NCBI GenBank assembly: GCA_016432445.1
Contig: CP066689.1
Coordinates: 780,001-812,000, forward strand
Source of the DNA: Candidatus Saccharimonadota bacterium
GTDB taxonomy: Bacteria > Patescibacteriota > Microgenomatia > UBA1406 > GWC2-37-13
Direction of reading: 5' to 3'
DNA: 32,000 nt
The notes under the pieces are model-generated. The model searched no databases. It was not told the origin of the DNA and saw only the letters and a program-made list of their open reading frames with translations. The position numbers and the translations under genes are program-made. Shown here in pieces: positions 1-10,817 of the stretch; positions within the stretch are counted from its first letter, which is position 1; every line of letters begins with the position of its first letter.

Positions 1-390
1 TAAAATTTGCTTTAAACTTGTTGTCATATTTGCTTTTTCGGCAGCTGAACCATAAACATCTGGATCCCTATCTCTGAAAGATTCCATACCTCTAGTTTCA
101 AAAAATTCGTAACAGGGATCAATACATAGCGTATGAACTGCATCGAAAAAAGCGATGGCTCTAAGAACTGTTCTACTGGCTGCTAAATCAACAACGTATG
201 ACTGAGCCCCTCTTAGCTCTGCCTGCAATCTGATTAACCCTTCATGTCCTAACTCTCTAGCGAGATGCCTATCAATTGCATTAATAGCTTCAAAATCAGT
301 TAACTCTTTGGATGACCTATAATGTCTCTCAAGCCTAACTTTATCAATAAAATTTCTCGCTCCATTTTCAACCCGCCTGAGCTTTTCCAT
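1..390 (-). CDS. hypothetical protein, first 130 codons (ORF runs off the left edge of the window)
   Basis: My own minus-strand translation: ATG at 390-388, open frame to base 1 (MEKLRRVENGARNFIDKVRLERHYRSSKELTDFEAINAIDRHLARELGHEGLIRLQAELRG...). It is missing from the ORF track because it is truncated. No motif recognised. Confidence 0.4.
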   Translation of the reverse strand, partial: MEKLRRVENGARNFIDKVRLERHYRSSKELTDFEAINAIDRHLARELGHEGLIRLQAELRGAQSYVVDLAASRTVLRAIAFFDAVHTLCIDPCYEFFETRGMESFRDRDPDVYGSAAEKANMTTSLKQIL

Positions 391-459
391 AAATATTATT
401 AAATTTATTTATCACAAAATTATAGCTTATCTTATGAAGGATTACAACTATAGGATAGT

Positions 460-945
460 TTAAATATTTTCAAGTTCAAACTCAACCATATTGTTTCCTT
501 TATCATAAACTGCTTTGTAGGAGACTACTTTATCATCGTCACTAAAAAGATAGGGGAGTACATAATGGATTTCTGATAACAAATTATCCAGTTTAGATAT
601 CTCATCAGGAAAAAGCCACACAAATTCACCATCCTCTGGATTTTGTTTTAATTCGCCACTTTCAAAATCGGCAATTACAAAATGGAAATAAAGTTCCTGG
701 TCCAAATCTTTAAGATAAGCATTACCTGTAGATTTCACACGAAGATTTTTTATTGTCAATCCGGTTTCTTCTTGAATCTCACGTCTTGCGCATTCAAACA
801 AACCTTCATTAAACTCTCTTTTGCCACCTGGAGCCATCCAAACATCTGGCATTATCTTTTTATTTTTATTGCGGTGAAGCATTAAATATTTTCCGTCTTT
901 TTTTACAAAACACTCAACTGTCACAATAATATTTCTATTAGTCAT
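460..945 (-). CDS. Nudix (MutT-family) hydrolase
   Basis: Nudix box GGKREFNEGLFECARREIQEETGL (GX5EX7REUXEEXGU). I place the start at the MTNRN Met (ATG 945-943) rather than 1005. The 5' extension is the translation of a GC-rich hairpin, and the paralog at 15400-15891 starts at the equivalent residue. Confidence 0.85.
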   Translation of the reverse strand: MTNRNIIVTVECFVKKDGKYLMLHRNKNKKIMPDVWMAPGGKREFNEGLFECARREIQEETGLTIKNLRVKSTGNAYLKDLDQELYFHFVIADFESGELKQNPEDGEFVWLFPDEISKLDNLLSEIHYVLPYLFSDDDKVVSYKAVYDKGNNMVEFELENI

Positions 946-948
946 AAT

Positions 949-1020
949 GTCATCCCGAGCAAAGTCGAGGCTATAGTCCTGAGCTCGCGAAGGAGATCCC
1001 TCCACTTCGGTCGGGATGAC
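949..1020. repeat. GC-rich 72-bp hairpin element between Nudix and gyrB
   Basis: Perfect 10-bp terminal inverted repeat GTCATCCCGA (949-958) / TCGGGATGAC (1011-1020), extendable to 17 of 20 paired positions (949-968 with 1001-1020). It is far more GC-rich than the surrounding sequence. Confidence 0.6.
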
Positions 1021-1078
1021 ATAATAATACCAGATACATTATTAAAAATGGGCTAAAATTTGCGCTAGAAATTGCTGA

Positions 1079-3042
<1,964 letters not shown>

Positions 3043-3043
<1 letters not shown>

Positions 3044-3084
3044 TTATGAGTTATGCGTCCAATGCAAAACGTCGAACACTGAAC
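3043..3084. repeat. degenerate heptamer array (GTTATGA GTTATGC GTCCAAT GCAAAAC GTCGAAC ACTGAAC)
   Basis: 7-nt periodicity read directly. It starts at the last base of the gyrB stop codon. The first two units match the GTTATGR units at 31021-31041. Confidence 0.45.
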
Positions 3085-3141
3085 GATTTATATCTGAAAA
3101 ACAGTTGAAAACTAAATTGTAACCTATATAATTATTACCAT

Positions 3142-5187
3142 ATGAATTTATCAATATTTCTATCTAACCCAACTCTCACGGCAATTGGCGCCGCCACTAT
3201 TTCAATAGTTTACGGACTCTACCTAACCTCAAGAGTACTTTCCCATCCAAAAGGAAATGAACAAATGAACAGCATCTCTGACGCTATCTCAGAAGGCGCC
3301 ACAGCTTACATGAAAAGACAGTACACAGTTGTTGCTGTAATAGGAATAATTATATTTGTGATTTTATACTTTATCTTCAATCCCGTGACTGCCGCCGGCT
3401 TTGCTATCGGAGCTATTTTTTCAGCTATTGCCGGTATTATCGGTATGAGTGTGGCCGTCAGAAGCAATATTCGCACTGCCCAAGCCGCCAAAAAAGGCTT
3501 GTCTCAAGCTTTTTCACTGGCTTTCTCAGGCGGTGCTGTAACCGGACTTATGGTTGGCGGTTTAGCTCTTCTGTCAGTCAGCGGATTCTTTTTGGTAATC
3601 TCAATGATGACTAAAACCGGCGCTCCTGATCTTCATCCATTGGTTGCTTTAGGATTTGGAGGATCTCTTATCTCTGTTTTTGCCCGTTTAGGAGGAGGAA
3701 TTTTTACTAAAAGTGCAGATGTCGGTACTGACATGGTAGGAAAAATTGAAAAAGGAATTCCTGAGGATGACCCAAGAAACCCTGGAGTCATTGCCGATTT
3801 GGTAGGAGACAATGTAGGCGATGATGCCGGTATGGCCGCGGATTTATTTGAAACTTATGTTATTACCGCTGTTGCCGCCATGATTTTAGGCCAGCTCACT
3901 TTTGCCAATAATGGAGCCGTTGTGGTTTATCCTCTTCTTATCGGCGCCATCTCAATCATAACCAGCATAATCGGTACCTGGTTTGTACGCCTTATTGGAA
4001 AAAGCATTATGGGCGCTCTTTATCAAGGTTTGGCAGTAGCTTCAATCTTAGCTATTGCAGGGTTTTATTTCTTAACTACGGCTCTTTTCCCTGCAGAATC
4101 GGCTATTAACGGATTAAGTCTTTTTTATTCCTCAATTATCGGATTGGTTGTCACCATCGGCATGGTTGCCATAACTGAGTTTTATACTTCAAAAAACTTC
4201 GGTTCAGTAAAAACCATTGCCAGTGCTTCAACCACAGGTCACGGTACTAACGTTATCGCCGGTTTGGCAGTTTCAATGAAATCAACATTACTGCCGATAT
4301 TACTTTTATCAGCCGGTATTTTTGTTGCTTATAATTTTGCTGGCCTTTTTGGTGTAGCTGTAGCCGCCATGAGCATGCTTTCATTAACTGGAATTATTGT
4401 GGCTATTGACGCTTTCGGTCCTATAACTGATAATGCTGGCGGTATTGCCGAGATGGCAGGACTTGATAAAAAAGTAAGAAACATCACTGATCCTTTAGAT
4501 GCTGTTGGCAATACTACCAAAGCAGTCACTAAAGCTTACGCTATAGGTTCAGCCGCTTTAGCTGCTTTAGTTTTGTTTGCAAGCTATACTCAGGAGCTCA
4601 TGAAATCAGAGTCAGGGACTCAAATGGCTTCCACATTTTCTCTTTCTGACCCGCTTGTCCTTATCGGTCTTTTCATCGGCGGCGCCTTGCCGTATTTCTT
4701 TGGAGCCTTAGCTATGGAGGCTGTTGGTAAAGCCAGCATGGCTATTGTTAATGAAGTCAGACGCCAATTTAAAGAAATTAAAGGTATTATGCAGGGTAAA
4801 GCTAAACCTGAATACGGCAAAGCTGTAGATATTGTTGCTAAAGCCGCTATCAAAGAGATGATTGTTCCGACTCTTATCCCAGTTTTAGCACCGATCATTG
4901 TCGGATTTTTACTTGGTCCAAAAGCTTTAGGCGGACTTTTGGTTGGAAGCATTATTACTGGTCTTTTTGTGGCTATTTCAATGACCACAGGAGGAGCCGC
5001 TTGGGATAATGCCAAAAAATATATTGAAGAAGGAGAATTTGGCGGGAAAGGAAGTTTTGCTCACCAAAGCGCAGTTACCGGTGATACCGTGGGCGATCCG
5101 TACAAAGATACTGCCGGTCCAGCCATTAACCCAATGATTAAGGTTTTGAATATTGTAGCCTTAATGATTGCTCCTTTTCTTATATAA
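3142..5187 (+). CDS. hppA: membrane-bound proton-translocating pyrophosphatase, K+-independent type
   Basis: Polytopic 681-aa ORF with the M-PPase signatures [46 protein letters not shown] and [18 protein letters not shown]. The [18 protein letters not shown] block has Lys (GNTTKA, not GNTTAA), which is the published K+-independence determinant. Confidence 0.95.
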   Translation: MNLSIFLSNPTLTAIGAATISIVYGLYLTSRVLSHPKGNEQMNSISDAISEGATAYMKRQYTVVAVIGIIIFVILYFIFNPVTAAGFAIGAIFSAIAGIIGMSVAVRSNIRTAQAAKKGLSQAFSLAFSGGAVTGLMVGGLALLSVSGFFLVISMMTKTGAPDLHPLVALGFGGSLISVFARLGGGIFTKSADVGTDMVGKIEKGIPEDDPRNPGVIADLVGDNVGDDAGMAADLFETYVITAVAAMILGQLTFANNGAVVVYPLLIGAISIITSIIGTWFVRLIGKSIMGALYQGLAVASILAIAGFYFLTTALFPAESAINGLSLFYSSIIGLVVTIGMVAITEFYTSKNFGSVKTIASASTTGHGTNVIAGLAVSMKSTLLPILLLSAGIFVAYNFAGLFGVAVAAMSMLSLTGIIVAIDAFGPITDNAGGIAEMAGLDKKVRNITDPLDAVGNTTKAVTKAYAIGSAALAALVLFASYTQELMKSESGTQMASTFSLSDPLVLIGLFIGGALPYFFGALAMEAVGKASMAIVNEVRRQFKEIKGIMQGKAKPEYGKAVDIVAKAAIKEMIVPTLIPVLAPIIVGFLLGPKALGGLLVGSIITGLFVAISMTTGGAAWDNAKKYIEEGEFGGKGSFAHQSAVTGDTVGDPYKDTAGPAINPMIKVLNIVALMIAPFLI

Positions 5188-5231
5188 GATATAACGATTA
5201 TAACCGTTATAACAATTATAATGATTATATC
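5188..5231. repeat. imperfect palindrome of about 9-bp TTATAA-centred units (GATATAAC GATTATAAC CGTTATAAC AATTATAAT GATTATATC)
   Basis: Read directly. It begins immediately after the hppA stop, and the reverse complement is near-identical to the forward sequence. Confidence 0.6.
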
Positions 5232-5239
5232 TTTCTTTT

Positions 5240-7804
5240 ATGGAAGATGAAGAAAAAAAACAAGAACAACTAATTACTCAAAACAAGAATGCGGAAATAA
5301 CTGAGATCACCTCAGAGATGAAACGGGCATATCTTGATTATGCCATGTCGGTTATTGTCTCTCGTGCTCTTCCTGATGTCCGTGATGGCCTAAAACCGGT
5401 TCACCGAAGGATTCTTTTTGCTATGCATAAAATGGGTCTCACAGCAAGCGCTCATTTCTCAAAAAGCGCCAAAGTCGTCGGTGAAGTTTTAGGTAAATAT
5501 CACCCTCACGGTGATGCTCCGGTTTATGAAGCCTTAGCCCGTATGGCTCAAGACTTTTCCATGCGCTATCTCTTGATTAAAGGTCAGGGAAACTTTGGTT
5601 CAGTAGACGGTGATCCTCCGGCCGCCATGCGTTACACCGAGGTCAAGCTTTCCAAAATTGCTGAGGAGATGCTTGTTGATATTGAAAAAGATACTGTTGA
5701 TTGGATTGATAACTTTGACGGAACCATGAAAGAACCTCTTTATCTTCCGGCCAAACTGCCTAATCTTTTACTTATGGGAGCTGAAGGTATTGCTGTTGGT
5801 ATGGCCACCAAAATCCCGACTCACAACTTGACTGAAATCGTTGATGCCATTATTCATATGATCGACAACGCCAAAATAATCAAAGATAATGGATCATCGA
5901 CAATCGATAATCGATCATCGAAGGCCGAAGATCAAAGATCTAAGATCTCAGAACTAACTTTTAACTCAACTCTTGAGGATCTTCTGCAATATGTAAAAGG
6001 TCCAGATTTCCCAACTGCCGGTATTATTTACGGCGCCTCTGACATTAAAGAAATGTATGCCACCGGACGCGGTAAAATCCTAGTCCGCGGCTTAGTTGAA
6101 AATGAAGACTTGGGCAAAGGGAAAGAAGCCATTATTGTAAACGAGCTTCCTTATCAGGTAAACAAAGCTACTTTAGTTGAAAAAATTGCCCACTTAGTCA
6201 TTGATAAAAAGATCCAAGGGATCTCCGATCTCCGGGATGAGTCTGACCGCGATGGAATAAGAATTGTTATTGAACTTAAACGCGATGCCTCCTACCGCAA
6301 AGTTTTAAATAATTTATTTAAATATACAGAACTTCAGACTAGCTTCCCTGTCAACATGGTTGCTTTGGTTGACGGCGTACCTCAAACTCTTTCCTTAAAA
6401 ACTATTCTTGAGGAATATGTAAAACATCGAGTAAATATTGTTACTAAACGCTCTGAGTATGAGCTATCGCAAGCCAAACACCGCGCGCACATTCTTGAAG
6501 GTTACTTAATTGCTCTTGATCATATTGATGAAGTTATCAAGGTTATAAGAGGATCAAAAGATGAGCCTATTGCCAAAGCCTCTCTTATGAAAAACTTCGC
6601 GTTATCTGAAATCCAAGCTCAAGCTATACTTGAGATGCAGCTTCGCCGCTTAACAGGTTTGGAAAGAGACAAGATTGAAGATGAGCTGGCAATGCTTAAG
6701 GAAACTATTGATTACCTTGAAAAACTACTCAAAGATGTTGCTAAAATTCTAAAAGTCATCAAAGACGAACTTTTGTACTTAAAAGAAAAATATGCAGATG
6801 AAAGAAAAACCAAAGTCATCAAATCCAAACCAGGAGAAATAAGCGATGAGCAATTAATTGAGAACAAAGAAGTCATTGTTGTTTTAACAAAAGAAGGATA
6901 TATCAAACAGATTCCAAGAGAAACATTTAAAGTTCAGCACCGCGGAGGCAAAGGAGTCTCAGGCATTGAGACAAAAGATACTGATAATGTTTATTACATC
7001 ACCACCGCCATGATGCACGACTATATCTTATTTTTCAGCAATCAAGGCCGCGTATTCCAGACCAGAGTCTGGGAAATACCGGTTGGATCAAGAACCTCAA
7101 AAGGAAAAGCTTTGGTTAATTTAATTACTTTGCGTCCTGATGAAAAAATAACCTCTGTCTTAACCTATGATGCCACGACTGTAACGGATAATGAGAACTT
7201 CTCAATCCTCATGATTACCAAAAAAGGTACAGTCAAGAAAACTCCTTTTAAAGATTTTGCCAATATAAGAAGCAATGGTATCATTGCCATTAAGCTTGAA
7301 TCAGGTGATGAACTTTTATGGACTCATTTTGCCAACGGCGCCAAGAACGTAATTCTCGTTGCTGAAAAAGGCAAAGCCATTGTCTTTAAAGAACAAGAAG
7401 TTAGAGCTACCGGCCGCTCTTCAATGGGAGTACGCGGCATTGAGATTGAAGCCGGCGATGAGGTTGCCGCCGCCGATGTTTTTGATGACGCAGATTTTAA
7501 GAAAGATATTTTTGTCATAGGTGAAAAAGGTATTGGTAAAAAAAGTAAACTGGCATTTTTCAAAGGCCAGCACCGAGGAGGCAAAGGAGTTAAAGTAACC
7601 TCAGTTGATGAAAAAATCGGTAAGATAGCTTTTGTTGAGATCATAAACCCCGAAGATACCACTGTCATTATGACCAGCGCTCACGGCCAGGTAGTCAAGA
7701 TTCCTCTTGAATCAATCCCTTCAAGATCACGTCAGGCCAAAGGAGTCATACTCATGCGTTTCACCAATAAGGAAGACAGAGTCACGAGCGCCACATTTAT
7801 TTAA
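5240..7804 (+). CDS. gyrA: DNA gyrase subunit A
   Basis: [33 protein letters not shown] (active-site Tyr), and a GyrA-box-like QHRGGKGV present twice in the C-terminal beta-pinwheel. Carries an extra segment of about 30 aa at 5879-5948 (see findings). Confidence 0.97.
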   Translation: MEDEEKKQEQLITQNKNAEITEITSEMKRAYLDYAMSVIVSRALPDVRDGLKPVHRRILFAMHKMGLTASAHFSKSAKVVGEVLGKYHPHGDAPVYEALARMAQDFSMRYLLIKGQGNFGSVDGDPPAAMRYTEVKLSKIAEEMLVDIEKDTVDWIDNFDGTMKEPLYLPAKLPNLLLMGAEGIAVGMATKIPTHNLTEIVDAIIHMIDNAKIIKDNGSSTIDNRSSKAEDQRSKISELTFNSTLEDLLQYVKGPDFPTAGIIYGASDIKEMYATGRGKILVRGLVENEDLGKGKEAIIVNELPYQVNKATLVEKIAHLVIDKKIQGISDLRDESDRDGIRIVIELKRDASYRKVLNNLFKYTELQTSFPVNMVALVDGVPQTLSLKTILEEYVKHRVNIVTKRSEYELSQAKHRAHILEGYLIALDHIDEVIKVIRGSKDEPIAKASLMKNFALSEIQAQAILEMQLRRLTGLERDKIEDELAMLKETIDYLEKLLKDVAKILKVIKDELLYLKEKYADERKTKVIKSKPGEISDEQLIENKEVIVVLTKEGYIKQIPRETFKVQHRGGKGVSGIETKDTDNVYYITTAMMHDYILFFSNQGRVFQTRVWEIPVGSRTSKGKALVNLITLRPDEKITSVLTYDATTVTDNENFSILMITKKGTVKKTPFKDFANIRSNGIIAIKLESGDELLWTHFANGAKNVILVAEKGKAIVFKEQEVRATGRSSMGVRGIEIEAGDEVAAADVFDDADFKKDIFVIGEKGIGKKSKLAFFKGQHRGGKGVKVTSVDEKIGKIAFVEIINPEDTTVIMTSAHGQVVKIPLESIPSRSRQAKGVILMRFTNKEDRVTSATFI
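5879..5948. repeat. in-frame degenerate heptamer array inside gyrA
   Basis: Units ATCAAAG ATAATGG ATCATCG ACAATCG ATAATCG ATCATCG AAGGCCG AAGATCA AAGATCT AAGATCT. Encodes [25 protein letters not shown] between the conserved IDN.. and [12 protein letters not shown] blocks. Confidence 0.65.
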
Positions 7805-7833
7805 AGTGTGGTATAATTGGGAATAAAATTTTT

Positions 7834-8706
7834 ATGAAATTACCTGGTCGGCTCATTGCTAAAGCAATCGAAGCTCGATTCAAAAAAGAAGTTAAAGCTC
7901 TCAAGAAAAAAGGCATAGTACCCTGTTTAGTTACCTTCCTTATCGGCGATTCTGCAGAACAGTTATCATTCGTCGCCATAAAACAAAAAACAGCTAAAAA
8001 ACTTGGAATTAAGTTTGAGTTTAGACATCTAAAAAAAACTCCATCATTTGAGGAGTTTGCCCATATTTTAAAAGAGTGTTCGCAAAATCCCAAAGTCACA
8101 GGCGTGCTTATCCAATTGCCTCTTCCACCAATGCTCGCCACAGACAGCATCTACAATTTTATTCCAATAGTCAAAGAAATCGAAGGCCATAAAGCTAAAA
8201 CCCCTTTTTTACCCCCCCTTGGACTTGCCGTTTTAACCATGATTAAATATACCTTTGGTACAGGAAAAATTAATCACGATCTGATTATTGATATGGAAAA
8301 AGACAAGATCTTTTTTAGAAATGTCTTAAAGCATAAAAAAATAATAGTTGTCGGCCGTGGTTTAACTGGAGGTCAACCAATAGGCAAAACTTTAAGTGAA
8401 CTTAAAATTAATTATTTAAGCATTAACTCGCATACCTATAGTCCGGAAGAGTATTATAAAGATGCCGATATTATCATCACTGCTGCCGGAACTACAGTTT
8501 TAAAACCTGAGTTTATCAAACCTGGAGTTATTCTTTTAAATGCAGGGCTTCATAAAGAAAATGGAACATTAGTTGGTGATTATTGCGAAAAAGAAATTGA
8601 AAAAATAGCTTCCCACTACTCAACTACACCCGGAGGCGTTGGTCCCCTTGATGTGCTTTATCTTTTCAACAACGTCATTCAAGCCGCCAAACTGCAAAAT
8701 TCTTGA
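7834..8706 (+). CDS. folD: methylenetetrahydrofolate dehydrogenase/methenyl-THF cyclohydrolase (divergent FolD)
   Basis: PCLVTFLIGDS, SFVAIKQKTAKKLGI (S..Y...K block with Phe in place of Tyr), VTGVLIQLPLP, VVGRG..GQP, TTPGGVGPLD. Length 290 aa, typical of FolD. Confidence 0.85.
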   Translation: MKLPGRLIAKAIEARFKKEVKALKKKGIVPCLVTFLIGDSAEQLSFVAIKQKTAKKLGIKFEFRHLKKTPSFEEFAHILKECSQNPKVTGVLIQLPLPPMLATDSIYNFIPIVKEIEGHKAKTPFLPPLGLAVLTMIKYTFGTGKINHDLIIDMEKDKIFFRNVLKHKKIIVVGRGLTGGQPIGKTLSELKINYLSINSHTYSPEEYYKDADIIITAAGTTVLKPEFIKPGVILLNAGLHKENGTLVGDYCEKEIEKIASHYSTTPGGVGPLDVLYLFNNVIQAAKLQNS

Positions 8707-8774
8707 TTCAAGATTCAGGATTCAAGATTTATGAATGTTATTATTCGTGAATCATGAATCGTAAATCATGAATC
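8705..8774. repeat. ten-unit heptamer array forming a long imperfect palindrome (folD stop to miaA start)
   Basis: GATTCAA GATTCAG GATTCAA GATTTAT | GAATGTT ATTATTC | GTGAATC ATGAATC GTAAATC ATGAATC. The right arm is approximately the reverse complement of the left arm, and the miaA ATG (8768) lies in the last unit. Confidence 0.75.
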
Positions 8775-9763
8775 AAAAAAAAATAATAATTATCACTGGT
8801 CAGACTGCAACTGGAAAAACCAGTCTTGCTCTTAAAAAAGCTCGCTTAGAAAATGGCGAACTGATAAGCGCTGACTCCCGCCAAGCTTATAAACACCTTG
8901 ATATCATTACCGGCAAAGATTTACCACTCGGCTCAAAGTTTCACAAAGTAGAAGAAAAGAATGGGTTTGACATTGGATATTATTTGATAAACCCAGAACC
9001 CATAACCCATAACCCAAAACTATGGCTCTACGACATTGTTGATCCTAAACAATATTTTTCATCCTTTGACTATGAATCTTTGGCTATTCCTTTAATTAAA
9101 CAAATATTAGATCAAGGAAAAACTCCAATTGTGGTGGGCGGCACTTATTTTTATCTTTACAATCTGCTTTACGATATTGACACTAATGTTCCTCCTAACT
9201 GGGAATTAAGAAAAGAACTTGATAACAAATCGGTTGAGCAACTTCAGCAAATGCTTAAAAAAATAAATCCAAAACTTTTTGAAAGTCTTAACGAAAGCGA
9301 CCGCCAAAACCCCCGACGTCTTATACGCAAGATTGAAATCTCCAAAGCGACAGAACCTCCGAGGTTGAGGAGGAGTGAAACGACGGGAGAACCTCGGAGG
9401 TTAAATGAGATAACGCTTAAAGAAAAATTAGGATTAAAAGATCTTGAGGTCGAATACATTGGACTTCGTTTTAAAAACAAAGACTCTCTTCATGAAGCTA
9501 TTAAAATTAGAGTAAAGGAGAGACTTAAAAGTGGAGCGATTGAGGAAGTAAAAAATTTACTTAAAATGGGCTATAAAGAAACCGACCCCGGCCTCAAAAC
9601 CATCGGCTACCGCGAAATCATAAAGTATCTTAAAACCCACAACCCATCACCCATAACCCATAACCAGATGTCTCAAGAATGGCAAATCCACGAACATCAA
9701 TATGCCAAACGCCAATACACTTTCATGAAAAAAGACCCGAATATTAAGTGGAAAGAAGTATAA
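8768..9763 (+). CDS. miaA: tRNA dimethylallyltransferase
   Basis: P-loop ITGQTATGKTSLA, ISADSRQAYKHLDIITGK, VVGGTYFY. Contains three repeat-derived in-frame segments (8992-9019, 9353-9402, 9636-9666). Confidence 0.9.
   Translation: MNQKKIIIITGQTATGKTSLALKKARLENGELISADSRQAYKHLDIITGKDLPLGSKFHKVEEKNGFDIGYYLINPEPITHNPKLWLYDIVDPKQYFSSFDYESLAIPLIKQILDQGKTPIVVGGTYFYLYNLLYDIDTNVPPNWELRKELDNKSVEQLQQMLKKINPKLFESLNESDRQNPRRLIRKIEISKATEPPRLRRSETTGEPRRLNEITLKEKLGLKDLEVEYIGLRFKNKDSLHEAIKIRVKERLKSGAIEEVKNLLKMGYKETDPGLKTIGYREIIKYLKTHNPSPITHNQMSQEWQIHEHQYAKRQYTFMKKDPNIKWKEV
8992..9019. repeat. in-frame heptamer array CCCAGAA CCCATAA CCCATAA CCCAAAA inside miaA
   Basis: Read directly. Encodes PEPITHNPK. It is the complement of the GTTATGG family seen at 31021-31048. 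Confidence 0.65.
9353..9402. repeat. perfect 13-bp inverted repeat inside miaA (AACCTCCGAGGTT ... AACCTCGGAGGTT)
   Basis: Arms at 9354-9366 and 9390-9402, 23-nt spacer, GC-rich. Encodes EPPRLRRSETTGEPRRL. Confidence 0.7.
9636..9666. repeat. in-frame heptamer array CCCACAA CCCATCA CCCATAA CCCATAA inside miaA
   Basis: Read directly. Encodes THNPSPITHNQ, the second PITHN peptide in the same protein. Confidence 0.65.
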
Positions 9764-9779
9764 TAATAAAACCTTATTT

Positions 9780-10079
9780 ATGAAATACAAAAAAGTAATT
9801 GCTGAGATTGTAGAAATAGAAACTGGAACTACCTGCTCCGTTGGTCACAAAGTAGGAGAGAAATTTGTATTTGATGAAAATGGATTAATTGATAAAAATG
9901 CTTGTGTGGTTATGCTTAAATCAATCATGCTTCCGGTCAAAGCCCTTCTTAAAGGACAAGAATTGCCAGGGCACACTAAAGGAGAAGAAATTTATTGGGG
10001 CTGCCATCACCCTGGAGCAGAAACTATCTACAAAGGTATTGGACGCGTCATCTTCCGCCTCACCCCAGTAACAAAATAA
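9780..10079 (+). CDS. small Cys/His-containing protein, TIGR04076-like
   Basis: 99 aa. The pattern C..GH..G..F ... C ... I..C....G..V.F.L (TCSVGHKVGEKFVF ... ACVVML ... IYWGCHHPG ... GRVIFRL) matches my memory of the TIGR04076 family. No search was possible. Confidence 0.45.
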   Translation: MKYKKVIAEIVEIETGTTCSVGHKVGEKFVFDENGLIDKNACVVMLKSIMLPVKALLKGQELPGHTKGEEIYWGCHHPGAETIYKGIGRVIFRLTPVTK

Positions 10080-10235
10080 TTCTCCCCTTTGTCATTATAA
10101 TCTGCCATCCGTCGGAGAAGAATCCGGAAGTACTTGCAAACTTCGCTGTTTATTAATATAATTACTCTCCAGTAAATCAAAGTACAAGGCTCTAGATGGT
10201 TGTTTAATAATAAGGTTTAATAGTTTACTCAAACT

Positions 10236-10817
10236 ATGAAAAAAGACGAAGATATACTGCTGGGATCAAAAATTTTAAACTTAATCCAACCTCAATGTAA
10301 AAAGAATGTTTTAAAAGATACTCCAAAAAGATATATAAAAGCTTTAAAAGAACTTACTTCTTATAATACAAATAAGGATGATATTGATAAATATTTTGTC
10401 TTTTTTTCTTCATCTAGCAAAAACGGTTTGATAATAATCAAAAACATATTTTTCTCGAGCTTGTGTGAACATCATATCCTTCCTTACTTTGGATACATTA
10501 ATATTGGATACATTCCAAACGGAAAAATATTAGGACTTTCAAAATTCAGAAGAATTATTGACTGTTTTACAAAGAGATTATCTATTCAAGAAGAATTAAC
10601 TTATCAAATATTTGATCTTTTTAATACAAAACTAAGACCAAAGGCATTAATAATTACTGTTGAAGCTAAACATACTTGCAGCTTGGTTAGAGGAGTTAAA
10701 GAACAATTACTTACTATCAAAACAGTTAAAAAAAGCGATTATTTTAATAAAAATAAGGGGAGCCAAGATGAGTTTTTTTACGCAATTTCTAGTAATCATT
10801 TACAACTGGATAAATAA
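10236..10817 (+). CDS. folE: GTP cyclohydrolase I (FolE type)
   Basis: DTPKRYIKAL, SLCEHHILPYFG (zinc/catalytic Cys-x-His-His), GLSKFRRI, SIQEELTYQI, EAKHTCSLVRGV (second zinc Cys). 193 aa. Confidence 0.85.
   Translation: MKKDEDILLGSKILNLIQPQCKKNVLKDTPKRYIKALKELTSYNTNKDDIDKYFVFFSSSSKNGLIIIKNIFFSSLCEHHILPYFGYINIGYIPNGKILGLSKFRRIIDCFTKRLSIQEELTYQIFDLFNTKLRPKALIITVEAKHTCSLVRGVKEQLLTIKTVKKSDYFNKNKGSQDEFFYAISSNHLQLDK

Noticed and set aside
946-1005. N-terminal 20-codon extension of the Nudix ORF (MEGSPSRAQDYSLDFARDDI) as given in the ORF track
   Set aside because: It is the translation of the GC-rich hairpin element at 949-1020. The paralog at 15400 starts at the position equivalent to MTNRN, so I start the CDS at 945.
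3306-5015. Antisense ORFs inside hppA (3306-3491, 4329-4529, 4620-5015)
   Set aside because: They lie entirely within, and antisense to, a motif-rich, confidently identified membrane PPase gene. Their Ala/Pro/Ile-rich translations are typical of shadow frames.
6712-8150. Antisense ORFs in gyrA and folD (6712-6906, 7324-7668, 7797-8150)
   Set aside because: They overlap well-supported genes on the opposite strand and carry no motifs. The 7797-8150 ORF also spans the gyrA/folD junction, which is implausible.
8705-8774. Possibility that the short tandem or palindromic repeats (also 31021-31076 and 5879-5948) are a CRISPR array
   Set aside because: The units are 7 nt and contiguous, with no unique spacers, and the arrays are palindromic. 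No cas genes are in the window.
10080-10235. Riboswitch (THF, preQ1 or similar) upstream of the folE-like gene
   Set aside because: I could not recognise any conserved riboswitch core or convincing multi-stem fold by eye. Only a -10-like TATAAT and tiny CCG/CGG pairings are visible. It needs an Infernal/Rfam scan.
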